NCBI GenBank assembly: GCA_965249135.1 | Contig: OZ252220.1 | Location: 1,312,001 to 1,376,000 of the forward strand | Direction of reading: 5' to 3' | Source: Alphaproteobacteria bacterium | Lineage (GTDB): Bacteria; Pseudomonadota; Alphaproteobacteria; GCA-2746255 | DNA length: 64,000 nt | Part shown: one piece after another, positions 29,986-38,425 of the stretch | How the letters are laid out: each line of letters opens with the position of its first letter | How positions within the stretch are numbered: position 1 is the stretch's first letter | Notes under the pieces: model-generated | Told to the model about the DNA's origin: nothing | What the model saw: only the letters and a program-made list of their open reading frames with translations | Databases searched by the model: none | Translations under genes and position numbers: made by a program

Positions 29986-32220
29986 CTAAACCGCGAAGTC
30001 GGAATCGAGGGACCAGAAGCCGCGGAATTCGCGATCGAACTTCGCGAAACTCATCGAGCCGCGGTACATGTCCGCGACCGCCTGGCTGAAATCACGGTCC
30101 AGCACCTTGCGGCGCTCGTCCCGCCACCATTCGGAAACCGGGCGCGCCTTGGCAAGCCGCTGCGCGCGGATCGCGGTGCGCTTTTCCTTCGTCGCCGCCT
30201 CGTCGAGCGTCCACGTGCCGTCGTCGCCCTGGCTCGCGACGATGCCATAGACGCGGGCCGCGTGCGCGTAAGGCACCCAGCTCATGTCGAGGTCCTCGAG
30301 GATGAGCTTCGTGTCCCGCTCGATCGGGTCGCCCCAACCGCCCGACGCACCGGCCGCGTTGGCCCACAAATCGTTGTGCCGCATCTCGAGTTCCGGCGGG
30401 TCGTAGTTCCAGACTTTCAGGTCGTCGACCTTGAGCGTGCCGTCCGCGGCCTGCTCGATCAACTCAAGGGCGTTGCGCGGCGTCTCGCCGCTGTCTTGAA
30501 TGATCGTGTCAATATTCGTGCCCTGAGCCGTAACGGTGAAGGCGTTCGGCGGCGGGTAGCCGCCGCTCATGCCGATGCCGAGGAAGGTCGTGATCGCGGT
30601 GCCGCCGCCGCTGTGACTGACGCCCAGGCGCTGGCCAGGCTCGACCATCCAATGGACGGAGGACTGACCGAGGCCGCCGCGATACTTCCCATGGCCACAG
30701 AAGCCCGGCAGCAGCGACCGGCCAAAGTAGAAGAAGGGCGGGATCAGATATTCGAATTCCTCGGCATTGCCGACATTCGAGAGCTGCGTCCACTCGGCCC
30801 AGCACATGGGCTCGCCGTCGCGGTAGCAGTAGGCGCCCTGGGAGACGCCGCCGACCCATTCGAAATTCGTGAAGCCGTAAGGCGTGCCGTCCTCGAGCAC
30901 GCCGGAGCCCTGCACGCCCTCCCAGTCGCCGTCCGTCGTGAAGGCCTCTTCCATGTAGCCGCGGGCAAACATGGCGCGGTTCATCGCGTTGAAGGCGAGG
31001 CTGTTCATCATGACGGATTGTGCCCAGATGACGGCGCTGCTGGCGAATTCGTTGTCCGGGTTGTAGAGGCAGCCTTTCGGATACTTGCTCTCGACGGCAA
31101 GGTTGATCGCCGCCGTCACCTTCGTGTTGTGGGAGAAGGTGTTCACCATGCTGAGATAAAGCGCGCAATCGGCGCCGCCCGGAAAGCCGTTGAAGGCGTG
31201 ATAGCCCCAGCGCGACGTGCCCTCCATGTCGACGACGACGCGGCCGCGATCGTCGATATCCAGGCTCTGGCGCACATGGAGCAGATGGTCCCGATCGGCG
31301 TGCGGCCAGATCTGTTGCATGCCTTTGTATTTCGCGATCCGGAAGGCACAGCCATTCTGCGTACCGGGAATCATGAGGGAATGGATGTTGTCCATGATCC
31401 GCTGGCGGCTTTCTTCGATGATTTCGCGAATCGCGCGGCGATAGTAATCGTAGCCGAACTCATCGATGATTTCGTGGATGGCCTTGTGAACCATCGCGCA
31501 GCCGGCAAGACGCATCTTGTCGTCGAGGATGTTGAGCGCCGCCGCCCGCGTGCGCCGTTTCCAAAGCGAATTCCACCAGGTCGCCTGACGAAGATTCTCG
31601 CCCGTCTTCATCGGTGGGAAGACGAACCCGTCCATGAAGGTGTCGACGCAGAAGCTTGGCCAGCTGCCGGCGACCGGCGCGCCGGCCTCCATGATGTGGT
31701 TGAGGCCGACCGCCCAGCCGACGACTTCGCCCTCGACGACGATCGGCACGTAACAATAGGTGTCGCCCGGATGGGGAGCGCCGCCCGTCAGGCCGTCATC
31801 CGTCATGAAGACGTCGCCGTCATTGATGCCGGGATTGTCCTCGTAGCCTTCTTCGATCATGTAGCGCACGGCCACCGGCATCGCCGCGCAATGGGAGAAG
31901 AAGCCGAGCGAGAGGGCCAGCGAATCGCCTTCCGGCGTCGTCAGCGCCCAGAGCGATTCGCCCATCTCGCGGCCGCCGGGGCTGGCGGCGACGTAACGGG
32001 CCACCTCGCGCGCCGCCAGCACGCAGGAATGAATGCGCGAATAGAACCGCTCGTATTTGACCGGGTCCGAATCGCGAAGCGTAAGCTCGGTGACACCGTA
32101 ATAATGGCCGGTCTCTTCCGTAAGCCGGTCCCGCTGCTCCAGCATCTCGCGCAGCGTAAGGCCGCCTTCTCCGGAAGCGGCTGCCTCTTCGCGCCGAATG
32201 GGCTTCGTGACTACGTTCAT
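29986..32220 (-). CDS. Acetone-carboxylase-family alpha (metal-binding, AcxB/hydantoinase B-like) subunit
   Basis: AASPGGREMGE, GFFSH, NPGINDGDVF, HPGD, NHIME, GHGKYRGG, GGWGDPIERD; N-terminal 'TGHYYG..LTLRDSDP' typical of AcxB rather than generic HyuB. Confidence 0.88.
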   Translation of the reverse strand: MNVVTKPIRREEAAASGEGGLTLREMLEQRDRLTEETGHYYGVTELTLRDSDPVKYERFYSRIHSCVLAAREVARYVAASPGGREMGESLWALTTPEGDSLALSLGFFSHCAAMPVAVRYMIEEGYEDNPGINDGDVFMTDDGLTGGAPHPGDTYCYVPIVVEGEVVGWAVGLNHIMEAGAPVAGSWPSFCVDTFMDGFVFPPMKTGENLRQATWWNSLWKRRTRAAALNILDDKMRLAGCAMVHKAIHEIIDEFGYDYYRRAIREIIEESRQRIMDNIHSLMIPGTQNGCAFRIAKYKGMQQIWPHADRDHLLHVRQSLDIDDRGRVVVDMEGTSRWGYHAFNGFPGGADCALYLSMVNTFSHNTKVTAAINLAVESKYPKGCLYNPDNEFASSAVIWAQSVMMNSLAFNAMNRAMFARGYMEEAFTTDGDWEGVQGSGVLEDGTPYGFTNFEWVGGVSQGAYCYRDGEPMCWAEWTQLSNVGNAEEFEYLIPPFFYFGRSLLPGFCGHGKYRGGLGQSSVHWMVEPGQRLGVSHSGGGTAITTFLGIGMSGGYPPPNAFTVTAQGTNIDTIIQDSGETPRNALELIEQAADGTLKVDDLKVWNYDPPELEMRHNDLWANAAGASGGWGDPIERDTKLILEDLDMSWVPYAHAARVYGIVASQGDDGTWTLDEAATKEKRTAIRAQRLAKARPVSEWWRDERRKVLDRDFSQAVADMYRGSMSFAKFDREFRGFWSLDSDFAV

Positions 32221-32372
32221 GGATGCCCCCTTCGCTCCCCCGAGCGGCCGGGCGCCGCCCGAAAACCAAGGCGCTCATGCTCCCACAAATGGGGGAAGGC
32301 GGCAAGGCATCCTGCGCGAGGGGCGCACGCTTTAAGCTTGCGATACTTAAGGAAATTTACCACTTTGGCCCG

Positions 32373-33548
32373 ATGGCGAGCGCGGCAAGCCCGTTGTTTT
32401 CCCCCTTCGAGCTCAGAGGCATCCGGCTTTTGAACCGCCTCGTTCTCTCGCCGATGGTCGTCTACTACGCCAAGGACGGCTTCTCGAACGACCTGCTTTT
32501 CTCCCATCTTTCGAAATTCGTGATCGGCGGCTTCGGCCTGGTGTTCACGGAAGCCGCCGCCGTCGAGGAGCGCGGCCGCATCAGCCATGGCGATCTCGGC
32601 ATCTGGAAGGACGAACACATCGCGCCTTTGCGCCGTTTTACGGATTTCGCCCGCGCCCATGGGGCGCTTTCCGGATTGCAGCTTGCCCATGCCGGCCACA
32701 AGGGGAGCTACCAGCGCGCCTATGAGGGCTATCGGCCGTTGGGAGAGAAGGACGCCCAACGCGGCGATCCTCCTTTCGAAACGATCGCGCCTTCACCGAT
32801 GGCTTACGGAGCAGGCGTGCCGGCCCCGCGCGCCATGACGCTTGCCGACATCGCAGACGTGCAGGAAGCCTGGCGCAAGGCGGCGCTCCGCGGCGTTGCG
32901 GCCGGCTTCGACGTGCTCGAGATTCACGGAGCGCATGGTTATTTGATCCATGAATTTCTTTCGCCGCTTACCAACGAACGAAGCGACGGTTACGGCGGCG
33001 ACCTTAAGGGACGCATGCGGTTTGGGCTGGAAATCGCGGAGAGCCTTCGCGAGGTGTGGCCCGACGACAAGCCGGTTTCCTTTCGGTTCTCCGTCATCGA
33101 CGGCGTCGACAAGGGGTGGGGAATCCAGGATTCGATTGCGTTCGTAAACGAATTAAAGAAGATCGGCATCGATCTGGTGGACTGCACGTCGGGCGGCACC
33201 GCGAAGCTTACGCGCGAAGACGCGCTTCCCCGCGAGCCCGGCTTTCACGTGCCATTGGCCGAAATCTTGCGCAAGGAAACCGGCATGGCGACGATCGTCG
33301 TCGGGCTGATCACGGAACCGGCCCAGGCAGACGCCATCCTGCGCGATGGGCGGGCCGACCTGATCGCCATTGGACGGGCGGCGCTGGACGATCCGAACTG
33401 GCCCTTGCATGCCTCCCTCGAGCTTGGTTCAAAGCTCGACTATTCGGCCTGGCCGCCGGAATATGGCTGGTGGCTGGAACGCCGCGCGAAGACGGCCGCG
33501 AAGATGGCCGCGAAGATGGAAGTCGAGCCGAAGACGAACAAGAAGTGA
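32373..33548 (+). CDS. Old Yellow Enzyme, YqjM/XenA-like NADH:flavin oxidoreductase
   Basis: NRLVLSPM, EAAAVEERGRIS, QLAHAGHK, EIHGAHGYLIHEFLSP, GRAALDDPNW; start ATG 32373. Confidence 0.9.
   Translation: MASAASPLFSPFELRGIRLLNRLVLSPMVVYYAKDGFSNDLLFSHLSKFVIGGFGLVFTEAAAVEERGRISHGDLGIWKDEHIAPLRRFTDFARAHGALSGLQLAHAGHKGSYQRAYEGYRPLGEKDAQRGDPPFETIAPSPMAYGAGVPAPRAMTLADIADVQEAWRKAALRGVAAGFDVLEIHGAHGYLIHEFLSPLTNERSDGYGGDLKGRMRFGLEIAESLREVWPDDKPVSFRFSVIDGVDKGWGIQDSIAFVNELKKIGIDLVDCTSGGTAKLTREDALPREPGFHVPLAEILRKETGMATIVVGLITEPAQADAILRDGRADLIAIGRAALDDPNWPLHASLELGSKLDYSAWPPEYGWWLERRAKTAAKMAAKMEVEPKTNKK
33486..33519 (+). repeat. Imperfect 12-bp tandem repeat x3 (GCGAAGA(C/T)GGCC) at the OYE C-terminus
   Basis: Units at 33486, 33498, 33510 encode AKTA-AKMA-AKME. 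Confidence 0.7.
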
Positions 33549-33556
33549 CTAAAGTT

Positions 33557-35515
33557 TTATGCCTTCGCCTTCGCGCGCAATTCCTCAAGCGCGGCCGGGT
33601 TCACGAGCGAGCTTAAGTCGCCCGGCTCAACGCCTAGATAGGTGGCGCGCACGACGCGGCGCATGATCTTCATCGAGCGCGTCTTCGGAAGGTCGGAAAC
33701 GAAGACGACGTCCTTGGGGCGGAACGCCTTGCCGTGGCCGGTGACGACCGCCTCGATCAAGGTGGTCTTTAAGTCCTCGTCCGCCGTTATGCCTTCGCCC
33801 GGCACGCAGACGCAGACGACGGCCGATCCTTTGATTTCGTCCGGCACGCCGATGGCGGCGGCCTCGCGAATGAGGCCGGTTTCCAGCACGATGCCCTCGA
33901 TCTCGGCCGGGCCCGTCCGCTTGCCGGCGACTTTAAGGGTATCGTCCGAGCGGCCAAGGACGTACCACATGCCGTCTTCGTCGATCGCCGACCAGTCGCC
34001 ATGCCGCCACAGACCTGGAAAGGTGCGCCAGTAGGTGTCGAGGTAGCGTTCCGGATCCTTCCACAGCCCCCGGGTGAGACCGATCGAGGGAAGGTTCATC
34101 ACCAGCTCGCCGACCTGGCCGGATGCGATCGGCTTTCCCTCCTCATCGACGACGCTGGCCCCCATCGCCGGCAGGGGGGCGTTGAAGGAGCGGGGCTTCA
34201 AGGGGCGGGTGACGATGCTGCCGATGATCCCACCACCGATTTCGGTGCCGCCGGAATAATTCAGGATCGGTACCTTCTGCTTGCAGACATGGGCGAAGAA
34301 CCAGTGCCATGCATCCGGCGTCCACGGCTCGCCGGTGGTGACCGTGATGCGAAGCCGGGAGAGATCGTAGTGTTCGACGACGTCCGTCCCTTGCGCCATG
34401 AAGATGCGGACGATGGTCGGCGCGATCCCCAAATAGCTGACCCGATAGTCCTGCATCAGGCGCCAGATGCGCCCCTGGTCCGGATAGTCGGGCGTGCCTT
34501 CGGCCAGGATGAGCGTGGCACCCATCGCACCGGCGAGCAGGATCTGGAAGGGACCGACGATCCAGCCCATGTCCGTCATCCAAAGCAGGCGATCGCTTTC
34601 CTTGAAGTCCTGACAGAGCACGAGGTCGATGATGATCTTCGTATAAAGGCCGCAATGGGTATGGACGGTTCCCTTCGGCTTGCCGGTCGTGCCGGAGGTA
34701 TGGACGACCATGAGGGTGGCTTCCGCATCCACGGGTTCCGTCGGCGCCTCCATCGGCGCATCGGCCAGAAGTTCGTGCCACCAATGGTCGCGTGTCTTGT
34801 CCCATGGCACCGGATCGTCGAGATGTTTGAAGACGACGACGTCGGTGACGCTTGGGATGTCGGCAAGGGCCGCATCGAGGGTCGCCTTCATCGGCACGCG
34901 TTTGCCGCGACGAAGGGCGCCATCCACCGCGATCACCGCCTTCGCCTCGCAATCATTGAGACGCACGGCGATCGCCTGCTTGCCGAAGCCGGAGAAGAGC
35001 GGCACGACGATGCCGCCTATCTTGGCGATGGCAAGGAAGGCGGCCGCGACCTCGAGGCCGAGCGGCATGAAAAGGCCGATCGCATCCCCCGGTCCAAGCC
35101 CCAATCGGCGAAGTGCGGTGGCAAGGCGCGAGACTTCCGCGTCGTATTCCGCATAGGTCCATTTGCGCTTGCGCCCATCCTCGCCTTCCCAGACGAGCGC
35201 ATCCTTGTTCCAGATTGCCGTATCGCGGTGCTTGTCGAGCGCGTTCAGCACGACGTTCGTCGTGCCGCCGACGCACCAACGCGCGTGCTCGATGCCTCCT
35301 GAGGTGTCGAGAATCTGCGTATAGGGTTGAAAGAAGCGAATGCCGTAATGGCGGATGACGGCGTCGTTGAACCATTCCGGGTCTTCGTTCGAGCGCGCAA
35401 GCAGCGCCGCAAAGTCGGGCAGGTTTTCCGCCCGCAGAAAGGCGGTGAGGTTGCTTTTCTCCTGGATCTCCGGCGATGGCCGCCAGGCGATCGGTTCCGT
35501 TGCAAAATCTTCCAC
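33557..35515 (-). CDS. AMP-forming acyl-CoA synthetase (acetate/acetoacetate-CoA ligase-like)
   Basis: HTSGTTGKPKG, TDMGWIVGP, TGEPW, SGGTEIGG, GRSDDTLKVAGKR, LPKTRSMKIMRR. Confidence 0.92.
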   Translation of the reverse strand: MEDFATEPIAWRPSPEIQEKSNLTAFLRAENLPDFAALLARSNEDPEWFNDAVIRHYGIRFFQPYTQILDTSGGIEHARWCVGGTTNVVLNALDKHRDTAIWNKDALVWEGEDGRKRKWTYAEYDAEVSRLATALRRLGLGPGDAIGLFMPLGLEVAAAFLAIAKIGGIVVPLFSGFGKQAIAVRLNDCEAKAVIAVDGALRRGKRVPMKATLDAALADIPSVTDVVVFKHLDDPVPWDKTRDHWWHELLADAPMEAPTEPVDAEATLMVVHTSGTTGKPKGTVHTHCGLYTKIIIDLVLCQDFKESDRLLWMTDMGWIVGPFQILLAGAMGATLILAEGTPDYPDQGRIWRLMQDYRVSYLGIAPTIVRIFMAQGTDVVEHYDLSRLRITVTTGEPWTPDAWHWFFAHVCKQKVPILNYSGGTEIGGGIIGSIVTRPLKPRSFNAPLPAMGASVVDEEGKPIASGQVGELVMNLPSIGLTRGLWKDPERYLDTYWRTFPGLWRHGDWSAIDEDGMWYVLGRSDDTLKVAGKRTGPAEIEGIVLETGLIREAAAIGVPDEIKGSAVVCVCVPGEGITADEDLKTTLIEAVVTGHGKAFRPKDVVFVSDLPKTRSMKIMRRVVRATYLGVEPGDLSSLVNPAALEELRAKAKA

Positions 35516-35547
35516 GCGTGGCGTCCTTCTTTACTTGCCCGATCCGC

Positions 35548-36651
35548 TCACGCCGCCCCGGATGTCTCCAGCGCCGGATAGTCCGTGTAGCCCTTCGCAT
35601 CCCCCCCATAGAAGGTGGCAGGGTCCGCTTCGGCGAGGGCCGCCCCCAGCTCAAGCCGATGGACAAGATCGGGGTTGGCGAGAAAGGGGCGTGCGAAGGC
35701 GACCAGATCGGCGCGGCTTTCCGCGATGGCGGCCTCGGCGCGCGCGCCGTCATAGCCGCCATTCGCCAGATAGGGCCCATTGAAGGCCTCGCGCATGGCC
35801 GGCCAGTCGAAGGCGGCGGCTTCGCCGACCAGGTTCACCTCGACGACGTGGAGATAGGCGAGCTTCTGCCTGCCAAGCATGGAGGCGATGGCCGGGAAGG
35901 TCGTCTCGGGCGCGCTGTCCTTTATATCGTTGAAGGCATTGACCGGCGAAAGCCGCACACCGATGCGGTCCGCACCCCACACATCTGCGACGGCTTCGAC
36001 CACGTCGTGCAGAAGCCGCGCGCGGTTTATCAGCGAACCACCGTAACGGTCTTCCCGGTGGTTCGTGCCGTCGCGCAGGAACTGGTCGAGCAGGTAGCCA
36101 TTCGCCGCGTGGATTTCGACGCCGTCGAAGCCCGCCTGCTTGGCGTTTTCGGCGGCCTTTCGGAATTGCGCGAGGATGCCGGGGATCTCGTCGGTGTTAA
36201 GCGCCCTGGGCGTCACGAAAGGTTGCGGGCCGTCATAGGTGATCGCCTCTCCTTGCGCGCGGATGGCGGAAGGGGCTACGGGAAGCTCGCCGTCCGGCTG
36301 AAGCGAAGGGTGCGAGATGCGCCCGACATGCCAAAGCTGCAGGAAGATGCGCCCGCCTTCCTCATGCACGGCGTCCGTCACGCCCCGCCAGCCCGCCACC
36401 TGTTCCGCCGAATGGATGCCAGGCGTCGCCGGATAGCCGAACCCTTGCGTCGAGATTTGCGTTGCCTCCGTGATGATCAGCGCCGCATTTGCGCGCTGCC
36501 GGTAATAGGTGACGTTTAAGTCTTGGGGCACGTTGCCGGGCCCGGCGCGGTTCCGCGTCATCGGCGCCATGACGATGCGATGGGGAAGTTTGAGCGGTCC
36601 CAATTGCAGCGGCGTGAAAAGATGGGGAAAGGGCTGCTTCGTCATCGTCAT
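35548..36651 (-). CDS. Old Yellow Enzyme, classical NemA-like alkene (ene) reductase
   Basis: IVMAPMTRNRA, QLWHVGRISH, EIHAANGYLLDQFL, FLANPDLV, KGYTDYP. Confidence 0.93.
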   Translation of the reverse strand: MTMTKQPFPHLFTPLQLGPLKLPHRIVMAPMTRNRAGPGNVPQDLNVTYYRQRANAALIITEATQISTQGFGYPATPGIHSAEQVAGWRGVTDAVHEEGGRIFLQLWHVGRISHPSLQPDGELPVAPSAIRAQGEAITYDGPQPFVTPRALNTDEIPGILAQFRKAAENAKQAGFDGVEIHAANGYLLDQFLRDGTNHREDRYGGSLINRARLLHDVVEAVADVWGADRIGVRLSPVNAFNDIKDSAPETTFPAIASMLGRQKLAYLHVVEVNLVGEAAAFDWPAMREAFNGPYLANGGYDGARAEAAIAESRADLVAFARPFLANPDLVHRLELGAALAEADPATFYGGDAKGYTDYPALETSGAA

Positions 36652-37400
36652 GCCGCCGTGTAGCCGCCGTCGACGACGAACTCGGCGCCATCGACGTAGG
36701 AGGATTCGTCGGAAGCAAGGAAAAGAACCACGTTTGCCACTTCCTCCGGCTTACCGGCGCGGCCTAAGATGGTCGGGCCAAGGATATGCTTTTCCAGTTC
36801 CGGATCGTCGCTGATGGCGGCCGTCATCGGCGTCTCAATAAGGCCCGGGTGCACGGAATTCGAACGGATGTTGTGGGCTGCGTATTCCACGGCGACGGAT
36901 TTCGTAATCAACCGCACGCCGCCTTTCGAGGCCTGGTAGGCGGCCGCGTTGGCGACCCCGATCATGCCGTACATCGAGGAGATGTTGATGATGGAGCCGG
37001 CTCCTGCCTTCTTCATGGCAGGCAGGATGGCCTTGCAGCCAAGAAAGACGCCCCGCAGATTGACCGCAAGGGTGCGATCGAATTCGTCGGCGGAGGTTTC
37101 CTGGATCGGTTTGTAGATGAGGATGCCGGCATTGTTGACCAGCACGTCGACCTTGCCGTACTCGCCGATCGCCTTGTCGACGACGGCTTGCCATTCGCCT
37201 TCGCTGGTCACGTCCAAGGGTAGGAAGATGGCCTCGCCGCCTTCTTGCTTGATGGCCTCGACGACGGCCTTGCCTTCCTTGTCGGCGATGTCGGTGACGA
37301 CGACCTTCGCCCCTTCGCTCGCCAGGACCTGCGCATCGGCCTTGCCCATGCCCATGGCGCCGCCCGTAACCAGCGCGACCTTGCCTTCTACGCGCCCCAT
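36648..37400 (-). CDS. SDR, cyclopentanol/cyclic-alcohol dehydrogenase (CpnA)-like
   Basis: MGRVEGKVALVTGGAMGMG, NNAG, S-YxxSK, VHPGLIETPMT, LGPTILGRA, VVDGGYTA; closely matches my recollection of Comamonas CpnA. Confidence 0.8.
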   Translation of the reverse strand: MGRVEGKVALVTGGAMGMGKADAQVLASEGAKVVVTDIADKEGKAVVEAIKQEGGEAIFLPLDVTSEGEWQAVVDKAIGEYGKVDVLVNNAGILIYKPIQETSADEFDRTLAVNLRGVFLGCKAILPAMKKAGAGSIINISSMYGMIGVANAAAYQASKGGVRLITKSVAVEYAAHNIRSNSVHPGLIETPMTAAISDDPELEKHILGPTILGRAGKPEEVANVVLFLASDESSYVDGAEFVVDGGYTAA

Positions 37401-37450
37401 GTCTTCCCCCCTTATCCGTTCTTTTTTAGCGTTGGCCCTGTCTTAAAACT

Positions 37451-38386
37451 TCAAGCGCTCCGCCGGACGATGTTCGGCATGCTGACGACGTCCTGGCATT
37501 CGCCATAGCCGATCCGGCCGTCCATGTTCCATTCCATCAGCGTGGCGAAATCGCAGGTGTTCGGCCAACACATCCACGGGAATCCCGTCATCGCACTGCC
37601 CGTGAAGTGGTAGGTCCGATCTTGGACGTCGGTCACCTCGACGTTCATGCCGACCTGCATGAGGCCATCCCGCGTCGAGTGGCCCTTGCCGCTCTTTAGC
37701 CCGTAGACCTTTCCGTTCTCCAGCACGTAGCCATGGGCAAACGGGCTCAACACCTCGGCATTTAAGGGATCGAAGCCGAAGATGCAGTGGATGGTCATCT
37801 CGCGGCCGAAGCTCACATGGAACCAGCTGGCGGAAGGGTAGTCGGCTTCCGGCCGCGGTCCCCAACTGTGATCCATCGTCGAGACGGAATCGATCTTGTA
37901 GCTTTTGCCTTTTACCTTGAGCGTGCCCTTGAAATGGCCCGTCTGGTCGAAGTGGCCCTTGATCGGCTTTTCCTTCGGCGCGTTGGGGTCCATCTCCGGG
38001 TCCGTGATGTCATAGGGCGGCATGAGCCCTTCGAACTCGACGTGAAACTCGGTGTCGTTCTTTCCCTTATAGGTCAACAGATAGTCCATCGGCGGGTTCA
38101 CGGCCTTTACGGAAAGGCCGTTGCCGAGCGCGTAGTCCCCAACCTTCTCCGGCAAGGGCAGGTGGGCGTGCTCGTCGTAGTAGAGCGCCTCGATGCGGTG
38201 CTTCGGGAAGCCCTGGACGACCTGGACGCTGGAAAGCACGACGCCAAGGGTGGGACGCGAGAGAAAATAGATGCCGACGTTGATCTTCTCTTCCGGGATA
38301 TTGAAGCCGAAGAAGTTCGTCTCCGCCCAAAGCGGATCGCCATCCGCCGGGATGTGAAATTCCATGATGTCGTTTACCGAGATCAT
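37451..38386 (-). CDS. Uncharacterised 311-aa protein, probable CrtC/AttH/tocopherol-cyclase-like double beta-barrel
   Basis: WAETNFFGF, GHFDQTGHFKGTLKVKG, MDHSWGPRP, GYGECQD; beta-rich and soluble; GGGGAGG RBS; tightly spaced within the badI operon. Confidence 0.6.
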   Translation of the reverse strand: MISVNDIMEFHIPADGDPLWAETNFFGFNIPEEKINVGIYFLSRPTLGVVLSSVQVVQGFPKHRIEALYYDEHAHLPLPEKVGDYALGNGLSVKAVNPPMDYLLTYKGKNDTEFHVEFEGLMPPYDITDPEMDPNAPKEKPIKGHFDQTGHFKGTLKVKGKSYKIDSVSTMDHSWGPRPEADYPSASWFHVSFGREMTIHCIFGFDPLNAEVLSPFAHGYVLENGKVYGLKSGKGHSTRDGLMQVGMNVEVTDVQDRTYHFTGSAMTGFPWMCWPNTCDFATLMEWNMDGRIGYGECQDVVSMPNIVRRSA

Positions 38387-38425
38387 GTTTGCCTCCCCTG
38401 TTTCGCTTCGTTTTCAGTCTCGAAG

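Noticed and set aside
27175-32220. Generic hydantoinase/5-oxoprolinase annotation
   Set aside because: A dedicated AcxC-like Zn gamma subunit and the AcxB-type N-terminus point to the ketone carboxylase branch; a lactamase role is less likely but not formally excluded
29896-32433. 845-aa plus-strand ORF (and the 518-aa ORF at 27778-29334)
   Set aside because: Antisense shadows of the carboxylase alpha and beta genes; no motifs, and expected from high GC3 codon bias
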